Shown: positions 8,234-16,497 of the stretch, one piece after another | How positions within the stretch are numbered: the first letter of the stretch is position 1 | Layout of the letters: the number at the start of each line of letters is the position of its first letter | Assembly (NCBI GenBank): GCA_017616705.1 | Contig: JAFZXQ010000044.1 | Span: forward strand, 1-33,079 | DNA length: 33,079 nt | Origin: Clostridia bacterium | GTDB taxonomy: Bacteria > Bacillota > Clostridia > Christensenellales > UBA1242 | Direction of reading: 5' to 3' | The notes under the pieces: generated by a model | The model's input: the letters and a program-made list of their open reading frames with translations, nothing else | What the model was told of the DNA's origin: nothing | Database searches by the model: none | Translations under genes and position numbers: made by a program

Positions 8234-8574
8234 TGGTGGAGGCGGCGGGGATTGAACCCGCGTCCAACTAATAACTTATCACTCTTTCTTCGTGCCACAG
8301 CCAAACTTAATACCTAATTCACCTTTAGTTTGGCAAAAAAGATGATTAGGGTGTTTGATAAATCTTAAACCCTACCCCTCAAACAAGAGCAAAGTTGCAT
8401 CTTACAAATTAACAGTTAACTTGCTATGTAAGCCTAGCAAGCAACCGTGCTGCACTTAGGCAGCAAGAGCTAATTTAGTATCAGCGTTTAATTTTAATTT
8501 CCGTTTTTAGGCAGACGAGCCTGCCAGCACGCTTAAATGATTGTTCTTTTAGCTGTCAAAACCTTAACGCCCCC
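8234..8574 (-). ncRNA. ssrA: transfer-messenger RNA (tmRNA), one-piece
   Basis: The 5' end GGGGGCG pairs with the 3' CGCCUCC-ACCA, including the G3:U pair of the alanine identity element. The 3' end GGACGCGGGUUCAAUCCCCGCCGCCUCCACCA is the conserved tmRNA T-arm and acceptor. An internal reading frame ends ...GCU CUU GCU GCC UAA (ALAA-stop) at 8456-8470. Lies 5 nt downstream of smpB. Confidence 0.92.
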
Positions 8575-8579
8575 ATGGC

Positions 8580-9038
8580 TTACTTAACGTTTTTAAGCTC
8601 TCTTTCAGTTTCTCTTTTTTGGTCTTTTGCCTTAATGGTTTCTTTTTTATCAAATAATTGTTTACCGCGAGCAAGCGCAATAGTTAGCTTTGCAAATTGA
8701 CCTTTAAAGAAAATCTTTAATGGAACACAAGCATAACCTTTAATTTTGATTTTTCTTTCAATCTTTAAAATCTCTTGTTTGTTTAAAAGAAGTTTTCTAG
8801 TTCTAGTTGGCTCTAAAACATAAGAACTTGTTTTATCATAAGTTGAAATGTTAGCATTAACTAAAAAAACTTCCCCGTTTTTAACTATGCAAAAACTATC
8901 TTTAAGGTTTACTTTCGCTAGCCTTACAGATTTAACTTCGCTTCCAACCAAACTAATCCCAGCATCAAAGGTATCTTCAATATAATAGTCATGGTATGCC
9001 TTGCGATTTTCAGCAATGATTTTAATGTTTTCGCTCAT
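8580..9038 (-). CDS. smpB: SsrA-binding protein SmpB
   Basis: 152 aa. NRKAYHDYYIEDTFDAGISLVGSEVKS and the basic C-terminal tail are characteristic of SmpB. Confidence 0.95.
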   Translation of the reverse strand: MSENIKIIAENRKAYHDYYIEDTFDAGISLVGSEVKSVRLAKVNLKDSFCIVKNGEVFLVNANISTYDKTSSYVLEPTRTRKLLLNKQEILKIERKIKIKGYACVPLKIFFKGQFAKLTIALARGKQLFDKKETIKAKDQKRETERELKNVK

Positions 9039-9048
9039 GTTCTAGAGT

Positions 9049-9057
9049 ATTATAACA
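9049..9057 (-). promoter_or_regulatory. extended -10 element TGTTATAAT, 10 nt upstream of the smpB ATG
   Basis: Minus strand reads TGTTATAAT-ACTCTAGAAC-ATG. There is no SD between the -10 and the start codon. Confidence 0.35.
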
Positions 9058-9087
9058 TAAAAAAACGCATTTTCAATAGAAAATGCG
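9058..9087 (-). terminator. intrinsic terminator after rnr
   Basis: RNA reads CGCAUUUU-CUAUUG-AAAAUGCG followed by UUUUUUUAUG. Confidence 0.65.
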
Positions 9088-9104
9088 AAAGTTTTTAATG
9101 TTTT

Positions 9105-11258
9105 TTAGATGTTTTTTAACTCTTTTTCATCATATATTGTAAAGTCAATATGCCTTGTTATAATGTCAACTTGAATAAGCTTAACCTTAACTTTATCGCC
9201 AATTTTAAATTGATTATTCTTACCAATCAAACTCATTCGCTTTTCATCATAATAATATCTATCTGCTGGCAAATATTCCCTATAAATTAGGCCTTCAACG
9301 GTGTTTTCAAGCTCAACAAAAATTCCCGTTTCACTAACCCCACTAACGCTAGCGTCAAAAACTTCACCAATTTTATTAGCCATAAACTCGGCTTTCTTTT
9401 GATCATCAACCGTTCTTTCGGCATCATCAGCATTTCTTTCAGTCAAACTTGATTGTTCGCTAGCGGCGCTTACCTTGCCTTCAAGTTCTGTTATCTTTTG
9501 ATCGGTTAATGCCCCTGCTAGATAATAGCTTATTATTCTATGAATAATTAAATCAGGATATCTTCTTATTGGCGAAGTGAAATGACAATAATTTCTTAAC
9601 GCTAAACCAAAATGGCCTAAGTCTTTTTCATAATAAACGGCCTTTTGCATGCTTCTAAGCATAACCTTACTAAGCGCATCATGGTAAGGCTCATTAGCAG
9701 TTTCAAACAATATCTTTTGAAAATCTTTTGGCCTAACGGTTTCGCTATCAGCAAAAAATTTAAGCCCAAGTCCGCTTGCATAATCAGCAAAAGCAGTGAG
9801 TTTTTCTGGCGTTGGTGATTCATGAACCCTATAAACAAATGGAAGTTTTAACTTGTCAAAATGTTTTGCAACAACTTGATTAGTTAAAACCATAAATTGC
9901 TCAATGAGTTTATCACTATCGTTGCGTGGTTTTCTTCTAACGCAAGTTGTTCTTCCCTTTTCGTCAACATCAATTTGGACTTCAGGCAAATCAAAATCAA
10001 GGTTTCCTTCTTTATTTCTAAGGTTAATTAGAATTTTTGCAAGTTTGCGCATGTCTTCAAGCATTGGAACAACATTTTTACATTTTTCCCTTTCAACCTT
10101 GTCGCCATTAAAAATCTTGGTAACCTGGTCATAAGTCATTCTAAAACAACTTTTTATTACACCCTTTGTTATCTTATAGTCAACGACTTTCCCCTTTACG
10201 TCAACTCTCATAACAACCGAAAGCGTTAATCTATCTTCGTCAGGCCTAAGTGAACAGATATTATTACTCAAAACTTCAGGAAGCATTGGAATAACAAGGT
10301 CAGGAAAATAAACGCTAGTTCCACGTCTAAAAGCTTCTTTATCAATTTCACTACCCTCTTTAACATAGTTAGAAACGTCAGCAATGTGAACGCTTAAAAT
10401 AAAATCTTCCTTATCCATTTTAAGGCTAATCGCATCATCAAAGTCTTTAGCGTCAGCACCATCAATGGTTATAACTAATTGATTTCTAAAATCTGTTCTG
10501 TTTTCAAGGTCTTTTTTCGTTATTGTTGTTTTAACATTTTTTGCTTCACTTAAAACTTGGTCTGGGAATTTTTCAGACAACCCAAATGAGCGAGCAAGCG
10601 AAATTGTTGCAATTTTAGGATCTCCAGCGTCGCCTAAAACTTCAATAATCTCCCCCCTCGCCATAGTCACGCTTGAAGGATAATCTGTTATTTTAACAAC
10701 GACTTTACTATTAGGCAAAGCCCCCATTGTTTTATCTGGAGAAATAAATATAACGTCACAAAACCTTTTATCATCAGGAGTAACAATATTCCCGCCACCA
10801 GAATATGAATAAATCCCAACAGCAGTTGTTAGGCTTCTCTCAACAATTTTTATAATTTTTCCGCTTTTAGATTGGGCTTTAGAATTAAAGTTGTTTCTTC
10901 TTGAACCTTTAGGGGTATCAATTTTAACTAAAACAAGGTCGTCATGAATTGCGCCATTTGTTTCTTTTTCAGGAACAAAAATGTCATCAACTTCACTATC
11001 TTCAGGGCGAACAAAAACATAGCCCCTGCCTGTTCCAATAACTCTGCCTTTTAGGGCGCCAGCATTTGCTGAAAGAGTATATTTATTTCGCGCTGTTCTA
11101 ACAAGTTTGTCTTTCCTGCAAAGTTCATTGATAGCCATGTCTAACGCACGCCTATCAAAACCAATATTTAACCCACAAAGCCTCATAATCTGATCAGTGG
11201 TTAAATACTTTTGCTTACTCTGTTTAATTTTTTCTAAAACCGTATCTAAAAAATTCAT
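9105..11258 (-). CDS. rnr: ribonuclease R
   Basis: 717 aa. The RNB catalytic region is present (TIDGADAKDFDDAISL, ...TSPIRRYPDL) together with a C-terminal S1 domain (GEVFDASVSGVSETGIFVEL). The canonical rnr-smpB-ssrA neighbourhood supports the call. Confidence 0.95.
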   Translation of the reverse strand: MNFLDTVLEKIKQSKQKYLTTDQIMRLCGLNIGFDRRALDMAINELCRKDKLVRTARNKYTLSANAGALKGRVIGTGRGYVFVRPEDSEVDDIFVPEKETNGAIHDDLVLVKIDTPKGSRRNNFNSKAQSKSGKIIKIVERSLTTAVGIYSYSGGGNIVTPDDKRFCDVIFISPDKTMGALPNSKVVVKITDYPSSVTMARGEIIEVLGDAGDPKIATISLARSFGLSEKFPDQVLSEAKNVKTTITKKDLENRTDFRNQLVITIDGADAKDFDDAISLKMDKEDFILSVHIADVSNYVKEGSEIDKEAFRRGTSVYFPDLVIPMLPEVLSNNICSLRPDEDRLTLSVVMRVDVKGKVVDYKITKGVIKSCFRMTYDQVTKIFNGDKVEREKCKNVVPMLEDMRKLAKILINLRNKEGNLDFDLPEVQIDVDEKGRTTCVRRKPRNDSDKLIEQFMVLTNQVVAKHFDKLKLPFVYRVHESPTPEKLTAFADYASGLGLKFFADSETVRPKDFQKILFETANEPYHDALSKVMLRSMQKAVYYEKDLGHFGLALRNYCHFTSPIRRYPDLIIHRIISYYLAGALTDQKITELEGKVSAASEQSSLTERNADDAERTVDDQKKAEFMANKIGEVFDASVSGVSETGIFVELENTVEGLIYREYLPADRYYYDEKRMSLIGKNNQFKIGDKVKVKLIQVDIITRHIDFTIYDEKELKNI

Positions 11259-11267
11259 AATTCTTCC

Positions 11268-11969
11268 CTAGTTAATATGATAATCCTTTCTCATTTCGTC
11301 TTTAAATAATTTCTTCTTAAAACTTGCGCCTAAAACCCACCATGCTCCAGCGCTAAAAACAAACAATAAACTTGGCCATCTTGCAATATCTTTAAAGAAA
11401 ACTAGTTTAACAATCAAATATATAACTGAAAATATAACAATTATAGGTACTTGCCTGACATAATACATACATAATTTATTGCTTGAAAAGCCGATAATTG
11501 CGCAGGTTAAGATGATTGCAAACCAACTTAGCGGAACAGCATACCCTATCGCCCAGCCTAGTTTTGTTGCATAACAAAGATGGCAATAAGCATCAATAAA
11601 AATCAACATTAGTGACGCATAGGCAACTCCGCTTGGAAGTTTTGCTAAGAAACTTCCCCCATGCCTAAATGGATGAATAAAAATCATATATAAACAAAAT
11701 AGTGGCACAATGGCAAGCGGAAACCAAAATGGTTTAGTTATAAAAACTAAATTGACTAGCACACAAATTATTATAGCATAAAAAACAATATTCCTAACAA
11801 TTTTAAACGCCTTTTCTTTAGCAATTGAAACATAATTGTATTGAGGAAAACTAGATTTTGTTAATTTTGTTTTTTCGTCATCTTTTAAGATATATTTTCC
11901 ACATAATGGACAATTTGATAAATCTTCGCTAACACTAACCCCACAGGATTTGCAAAATCTATTTGCCAT
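11268..11969 (-). CDS. zinc-ribbon (CxxC-x10-CxxC) polytopic membrane protein, uncharacterised (possibly DUF6320-like)
   Basis: Start chosen at ATG 11969 (MANRFCKSCGVSVSEDLSNCPLCGK) with GGAGGG 5 nt upstream. At least 5 hydrophobic helices follow. It overlaps the upstream gene by 11 nt and sits 9 nt upstream of rnr. The family name is from memory only. Confidence 0.7.
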   Translation of the reverse strand: MANRFCKSCGVSVSEDLSNCPLCGKYILKDDEKTKLTKSSFPQYNYVSIAKEKAFKIVRNIVFYAIIICVLVNLVFITKPFWFPLAIVPLFCLYMIFIHPFRHGGSFLAKLPSGVAYASLMLIFIDAYCHLCYATKLGWAIGYAVPLSWFAIILTCAIIGFSSNKLCMYYVRQVPIIVIFSVIYLIVKLVFFKDIARWPSLLFVFSAGAWWVLGASFKKKLFKDEMRKDYHIN

Positions 11970-13347
11970 AACGATCCCTCCTGTTGCTTTCAACCTTAAT
12001 ATCAATTCCAAACTCACTTAATTTTCTTAAAACATCTCTTTCAGTTGTGTTTTCGCAAAGTTTACTTGAAATTGTTATTGTTAAAACATCACCAAATGCA
12101 ATTAATCCAACGCTAATTGCATTATGTTTGCTTCGCCCTAGGTTAACTTCATATCTTTCAATCTCATCATAAAACTCATCAGGAACCTGAACCTTCCCCA
12201 AATTTGAAAAGGCAAAGGTTTGCAAATTTTCACCTAATAAGTTAAATGAAGTGCTTAAAGCAAGGTTTTTAATTGGTAGTGGAATTAGTTTAATAAATAA
12301 ATTTTTCTGCAAATTTACATTAGAATTAATGTTTTTTTGCAAAAATTCTCTATTAACTCCTTCTAATCCGCATTTAATTTTATCAATAACCTCAGCTAAA
12401 CTATCTTTTTCATCACTTAGAGGAATGTTAATATAAGAACTAAAGTTTCTAAGTGTTGAGCTCTTAAATTCTTTTCGCATGTCAATAGGAATGCTAATTT
12501 TAACGGGCTTTTTACTATTCTTTCTTCTTCTTAAAATTTCATAGCCAAAAACTGACGCTAAAAAACTAGTTAGTTTCGCGTTATATTTTTTAGCAACCTC
12601 TTTTACTTGGTTAACACTCATTGTTGCAATAGTTGTGTTAACAATTCCTTCATCTTCAACCGTTCCAGCAATATTATATGCGCTAGCTTCGCGATGCCCC
12701 TTCCCCTTTTGATTAGTTGCATTAGCCAAAAAACTATCTTCTAGTTCTTCAGCAGTTGGAACATCATTATAGTTTAAAACTAAACTATTTTGCGCTATCT
12801 TTTTACCAATATTTTCAAGATATCTCGCAATCAAGCAGTTAAAAAGAATCAATGACCCATGGCCATCACTTACCGCGTGAAAAACTTCAAGGCTGATTCT
12901 ATATTTTGAATAAATAACCCTGATTAAATGTTTGTTAGGGTCATTAATATTCATATAAGAGCAAGGAAAATTCTTTTCTTCACTAACCTCAAGTCTTCTG
13001 TTATTCTGTTCAAAATAATGCCAGAAAAATCCCTTCTTTAAACAAACAAAGAAAGAAGGAAACCTCGGCATAATCTCATCAACGCTCTTTTGAAGAATAA
13101 CGGGGTCAACCTCTTTCTTCATAATAGCGCTAATTCTATAAACAAAAGTCCAATGCTCATTTTTACTGCTAGGATAAATCGTTGCGGCATTATCAAGTTT
13201 TAGCCAATCAAACATTTTAGAGCCAAAAAATCGAGCATCTTCTTTACTTTTTTTATGCTTTTTTTTCTTATTTTTTTCAGCAACAACGGTGAGGTTTTGA
13301 TTTTCAACCTTAAACACCATTTGATTTTCGTTATTTTTCTTAGCCAT
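11959..13347 (-). CDS. HxxxDG-motif acyltransferase of the condensation / alcohol-acetyltransferase / WS-DGAT-like superfamily
   Basis: 462 aa. FHAVSDGHG matches the HxxxDG catalytic motif. LDNAATIYP and the ...FPSFFVCLKKGFFWHYFE block resemble proteins I recall being annotated as 'alcohol acetyltransferase' in Clostridia. Lys-rich N-terminus and no TM. No SD upstream of the ATG. Confidence 0.7.
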   Translation of the reverse strand: MAKKNNENQMVFKVENQNLTVVAEKNKKKKHKKSKEDARFFGSKMFDWLKLDNAATIYPSSKNEHWTFVYRISAIMKKEVDPVILQKSVDEIMPRFPSFFVCLKKGFFWHYFEQNNRRLEVSEEKNFPCSYMNINDPNKHLIRVIYSKYRISLEVFHAVSDGHGSLILFNCLIARYLENIGKKIAQNSLVLNYNDVPTAEELEDSFLANATNQKGKGHREASAYNIAGTVEDEGIVNTTIATMSVNQVKEVAKKYNAKLTSFLASVFGYEILRRRKNSKKPVKISIPIDMRKEFKSSTLRNFSSYINIPLSDEKDSLAEVIDKIKCGLEGVNREFLQKNINSNVNLQKNLFIKLIPLPIKNLALSTSFNLLGENLQTFAFSNLGKVQVPDEFYDEIERYEVNLGRSKHNAISVGLIAFGDVLTITISSKLCENTTERDVLRKLSEFGIDIKVESNRRDRYGK

Positions 13348-13352
13348 TATCT

Positions 13353-13388
13353 ATTATATAGTTTATCAAACAATACTAAGTTTGTAAA
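13353..13388 (-). promoter_or_regulatory. candidate promoter(s) for the acyltransferase-ZnR-rnr operon
   Basis: TTTACA (13388-13383), a 17-nt spacer, then TAAACT (13365-13360). In addition, a perfect TATAAT (13358-13353) lies only 5 nt from the ATG. Confidence 0.35.
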
Positions 13389-13442
13389 ACTAAAAATGCA
13401 AGTTAGGACCTATTTTTAAGAAAATTATGGTAATTTTTGCAT

Positions 13443-13470
13443 AAAAAAACCGCAAGTTTTACTTACGGTT
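13443..13470 (-). terminator. intrinsic terminator after rplQ
   Basis: RNA reads CCGUAAG-UAAAA-CUUGCGG (with one G:U pair) followed by UUUUUUUAU. Confidence 0.7.
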
Positions 13471-13477
13471 TAATTCT

Positions 13478-13987
13478 TTAAACTAATTCAACAATTGCAA
13501 GTTGAGCGTTATCACCACGTCTTGCAGAAGTTCTGATAACTCTAGTATAGCCACCTTTTTGGCCTTTTTCAGTTGCTCTTGCGTCATATTTAGGAGCAAG
13601 ATCATCAAAAATCTTTTCAATTAAAGGATTCTTAATGCCTTGAGTTCTTGACTCAAATGCTTCTTTCTTTTCACCTTTTGCTCTTTGTTCTTCTTTAACA
13701 TTAAGTTTAGCCATTAATGTTCTGCGAGCATTAAGTTTAGAAACGCCATCTTTAGAAATTGTTGTTTTAACTTCTTTCCCTTTAGCATCAACTGTTTTCT
13801 TTTCACTAGTTACAACATCTTTATATGAGTTAATAGCAAGATTGATATATTTTTCAGCAAGTCTTGCAGCGGCTTTAGCTCTATCAAGAGTTGTTTCAAT
13901 TCTTCCATACCAAAGAAGGTCGGTAACTAATGAGCGAAGCATAGCATTACGCATATCAGTTGGTTTTCCAAGTTTCTTTGTTTCCAT
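13478..13987 (-). CDS. rplQ: 50S ribosomal protein L17 (bL17), long form
   Basis: The N-terminus LGKPTDMRNAMLRSLVTDLLWYGRIETT and the C-terminus GGYTRVIRTSARRGDNAQLAIVELV are typical of L17. It follows rpoA. Confidence 0.92.
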   Translation of the reverse strand: METKKLGKPTDMRNAMLRSLVTDLLWYGRIETTLDRAKAAARLAEKYINLAINSYKDVVTSEKKTVDAKGKEVKTTISKDGVSKLNARRTLMAKLNVKEEQRAKGEKKEAFESRTQGIKNPLIEKIFDDLAPKYDARATEKGQKGGYTRVIRTSARRGDNAQLAIVELV

Positions 13988-14001
13988 TATTTTTCTCCTT
14001 A

Positions 14002-14955
14002 TTAGTCTTCACGAACGCTAAGGTTTAGGCCCATATCAACAAGCTTGTTGATAACTTCATCAAGTGATTTACGTCCTAAATTTTTAACCTTAAGCATATC
14101 TTCTTCTGTTTTCTTTGTTAAATCTTCAACAGTGTTAATGCCAGCGCGCTTTAAGCAGTTATAACTTCTAACAGAAAGATCCATTTCTTCAATGCTCATT
14201 TCCATAAGTTTTGCAACTTTGTCTTCTTCGCGGCTTACTAAGATTGAAGTGTTCTTCATTTCTTCAATCATTTCAACAAATAAGTCAAGGTGTTCAACTA
14301 GAAGTTTGCTAGCAAGGCTAATAACTTCTTTAGCTGAAACCGTTCCATTTGTTGTTACTTCAAGTGTTAACTTGTCATAATCAGTGCTTTGACCAACACG
14401 TGTGTTAGTAACATCATAACTAGCAGATTTAACAGGGCTGAAAATGCTATCAATAGCAATAAAGCCAATTGGGTAACCTGCTTCTTTGTTATGATCAGCG
14501 CCTTCATAACCACGACCTCTTCCAACGATAAGTTGCATATCAAGCTCACCATCATTTTCAAGAGTGCAGATATAAAGGTCAGGATTTAAAACTTCAACTT
14601 GATCATCAGGAGCAATGTCTGCTGCTGTAACAACACATGGTCCTTTTGCTTTAAGAGTTAAAGTTTTCTTAAAATCTTTATCAGTTTTTGTTGTTTTAAC
14701 TGCAAGATTTTTAATGTTTAAGATAATTTCAGTAACATCTTCTCTGCAGCCTTTAACTGTTGAAAACTCGTGTGGAACGCCTGCAATTTTAATGCAAACA
14801 ACTGCTGCTCCTGGAAGGCTAGATAAAAGCATTCTTCTAAGAGCGTTGCCGATTGTTGTTCCGAACCCTTTCTCAAGTGGCTCCAAAACAAATTTAGCAT
14901 AGCTTCCGTTTTGTTCTTCAACACATTCAATTCTTGGTTTTTCAATTTGTAACAT
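14002..14955 (-). CDS. rpoA: DNA-directed RNA polymerase subunit alpha
   Basis: 317 aa. [22 protein letters not shown] and the C-terminal domain [20 protein letters not shown] are present. Confidence 0.96.
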   Translation of the reverse strand: MLQIEKPRIECVEEQNGSYAKFVLEPLEKGFGTTIGNALRRMLLSSLPGAAVVCIKIAGVPHEFSTVKGCREDVTEIILNIKNLAVKTTKTDKDFKKTLTLKAKGPCVVTAADIAPDDQVEVLNPDLYICTLENDGELDMQLIVGRGRGYEGADHNKEAGYPIGFIAIDSIFSPVKSASYDVTNTRVGQSTDYDKLTLEVTTNGTVSAKEVISLASKLLVEHLDLFVEMIEEMKNTSILVSREEDKVAKLMEMSIEEMDLSVRSYNCLKRAGINTVEDLTKKTEEDMLKVKNLGRKSLDEVINKLVDMGLNLSVRED

Positions 14956-14976
14956 AACTGTTTCCTCCTGTTATTA

Positions 14977-15597
14977 TTACTTAGAGTAAAGCTCGACAAT
15001 TAAGTGCTCTTCAATGTTAAGGTCAATATCTTCTCTTGTTGGAAGATTCTTAACTTTACCAGTTAAGTTAGCAGAATCAAATTCAAGCCATTTAGGAACA
15101 ACAACTTTTGATTCTCTAACGCTAGCAAAACTTCCCTTCTTTTGTTTGTTTTCTTTAACAGAAATAACATCACCAACTTTAACTTCAAATGATGGGATAT
15201 TAACTGCTTTGCCATTAACGCAGAAATGACCGTGATTAACTAATTGACGGCATTGAGCTCTGCTTGAACCAAGGCCAAGACGATAAACAACGTTATCAAG
15301 TCTTCTTTCAAGAAGGCTAAGCATATTTTCACCGGTAATACCTTTCATACGCTCTGCTTCTTCATAATAGCCTCTGAATTGTTTTTCAAGAAGCCCATAA
15401 GCTCTTTTAACTTTTTGTTTTTCACGAAGCTGAGTTTGATACTCGCTTGGTTTCTTTCTGCTAACTGGATGAACACCAGGATTAACAGGTCTTCTTTCCA
15501 TTGCGCATTTCTTAGTAAGGCATCTTTCACCTTTAAGGAAAAGTTTAGCGCCTTCACGTCTGCACAATCTGCAATCTGCTTCTGTATATTTTGCCAT
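14977..15597 (-). CDS. rpsD: 30S ribosomal protein S4 (uS4), Cys-containing form
   Basis: 206 aa. N-terminus [23 protein letters not shown], plus an S4 domain ([10 protein letters not shown]). Confidence 0.96.
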   Translation of the reverse strand: MAKYTEADCRLCRREGAKLFLKGERCLTKKCAMERRPVNPGVHPVSRKKPSEYQTQLREKQKVKRAYGLLEKQFRGYYEEAERMKGITGENMLSLLERRLDNVVYRLGLGSSRAQCRQLVNHGHFCVNGKAVNIPSFEVKVGDVISVKENKQKKGSFASVRESKVVVPKWLEFDSANLTGKVKNLPTREDIDLNIEEHLIVELYSK

Positions 15598-15605
15598 ATT
15601 CCCTC

Positions 15606-16001
15606 CTATACTCTTCTGCGCTTAGGTGGTCTGCACCCGTTATGAGCAATAGGCGATACGTCGCGAATTAGGGTTACTTCAATTTCAGCATTCGCAAGCG
15701 CACGGATAGCAGACTCTCTGCCATTACCAGGCCCCTTGACATAAACTTCAACGCTCTTAATTCCATATTCTTTTGCGGCTTTTGCAGCCTTTTCTGCAGC
15801 AATACTTGCAGCAAAAGGAGTGCTTTTACGGTTACCACGATAACCAAGCGCCCCAGCACTACAAGCAGTTAGCGTATTACCAGCAACATCTGTGATGGTA
15901 ATAATAGTGTTATTAAACGAAGATTGAACATGAACAATGCCTTTATCAACATTGGTTGTAATCTTACGTTTCTTATTAGTGGTCTTTTTAACTTGTGCCA
16001 T
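15606..16001 (-). CDS. rpsK: 30S ribosomal protein S11 (uS11)
   Basis: 131 aa. Contains [18 protein letters not shown] and ends [13 protein letters not shown]. Confidence 0.96.
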   Translation of the reverse strand: MAQVKKTTNKKRKITTNVDKGIVHVQSSFNNTIITITDVAGNTLTACSAGALGYRGNRKSTPFAASIAAEKAAKAAKEYGIKSVEVYVKGPGNGRESAIRALANAEIEVTLIRDVSPIAHNGCRPPKRRRV

Positions 16002-16012
16002 AAAATTCTCCT

Positions 16013-16378
16013 TTATTTCTTCTTAATAGAACTGCTTCTTGGACCTTTTCTTGTTCTAGCATTGCTATGAGTTCTTTGCCCTCTAACTGGCAATCCTTTT
16101 CTGTGTCTGATTCCTCTATAAGAACCAATTTCCATGAGACCTTTAATGTCCATAGCAACATCGCGTTTAAGGTCACCCTCAACGCTAACGTTCTTATCAA
16201 GATACTCACGAATTTTAGTAATATCAGTTTCAGTTAAATCTTTAACCCTTGTATTAGGGTCTATTTTGGTTTCAGCCAAAATCTTTTGTGAAGTTTTAAG
16301 CCCAACTCCATAAATATAAGTTAAGCCAACTTCAACTCGCTTTTCATTTGGTAAATCAACACCAGCGATACGTGCCAT
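16013..16378 (-). CDS. rpsM: 30S ribosomal protein S13 (uS13)
   Basis: 121 aa. Contains [10 protein letters not shown] and [17 protein letters not shown]. Confidence 0.96.
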   Translation of the reverse strand: MARIAGVDLPNEKRVEVGLTYIYGVGLKTSQKILAETKIDPNTRVKDLTETDITKIREYLDKNVSVEGDLKRDVAMDIKGLMEIGSYRGIRHRKGLPVRGQRTHSNARTRKGPRSSSIKKK

Positions 16379-16407
16379 TTTTATCCTCCATATTTTAATT
16401 TATCTTT

Positions 16408-16442
16408 GCGGAATATGGTAGAAAGTGTTAGTTTCTATCCGC
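16408..16442 (-). promoter_or_regulatory. two-tier stem-loop in the rpmJ-rpsM spacer (candidate leader element of the rpsM-rpsK-rpsD-rpoA-rplQ unit)
   Basis: RNA reads GCGGA-UAGAAA-CUAACAC-UUUCUA-CCAUAU-UCCGC: a 5-bp outer helix and a 6-bp inner helix, about 30 nt upstream of the rpsM ATG. Confidence 0.35.
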
Positions 16443-16460
16443 CCATTTTCCGATTATTTT

Positions 16461-16491
16461 CAAAATGCAAAAATGCTAGAAATTTTCTAGC
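16461..16491 (-). terminator. terminator-like hairpin immediately after rpmJ
   Basis: RNA reads GCUAGAA-AAU-UUCUAGC followed by AUUUUUGCAUUUUG. This may be a partial terminator or attenuator between the spc and alpha units. Confidence 0.5.
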
Positions 16492-16497
16492 TTAAAA

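Noticed and set aside
14718-14999. Minus-strand alternative-frame ORFs overlapping real genes: 14718-14999, 14367-14561, 15345-15557, 15674-15859, 15988-16209, 9617-9838, 22580-22762, 25394-25591, 26598-26780 and 29723-29953.
   Set aside because: They are out of frame with conserved r-protein, rnr or membrane genes. They show no start signals and compositions typical of off-frame translation.
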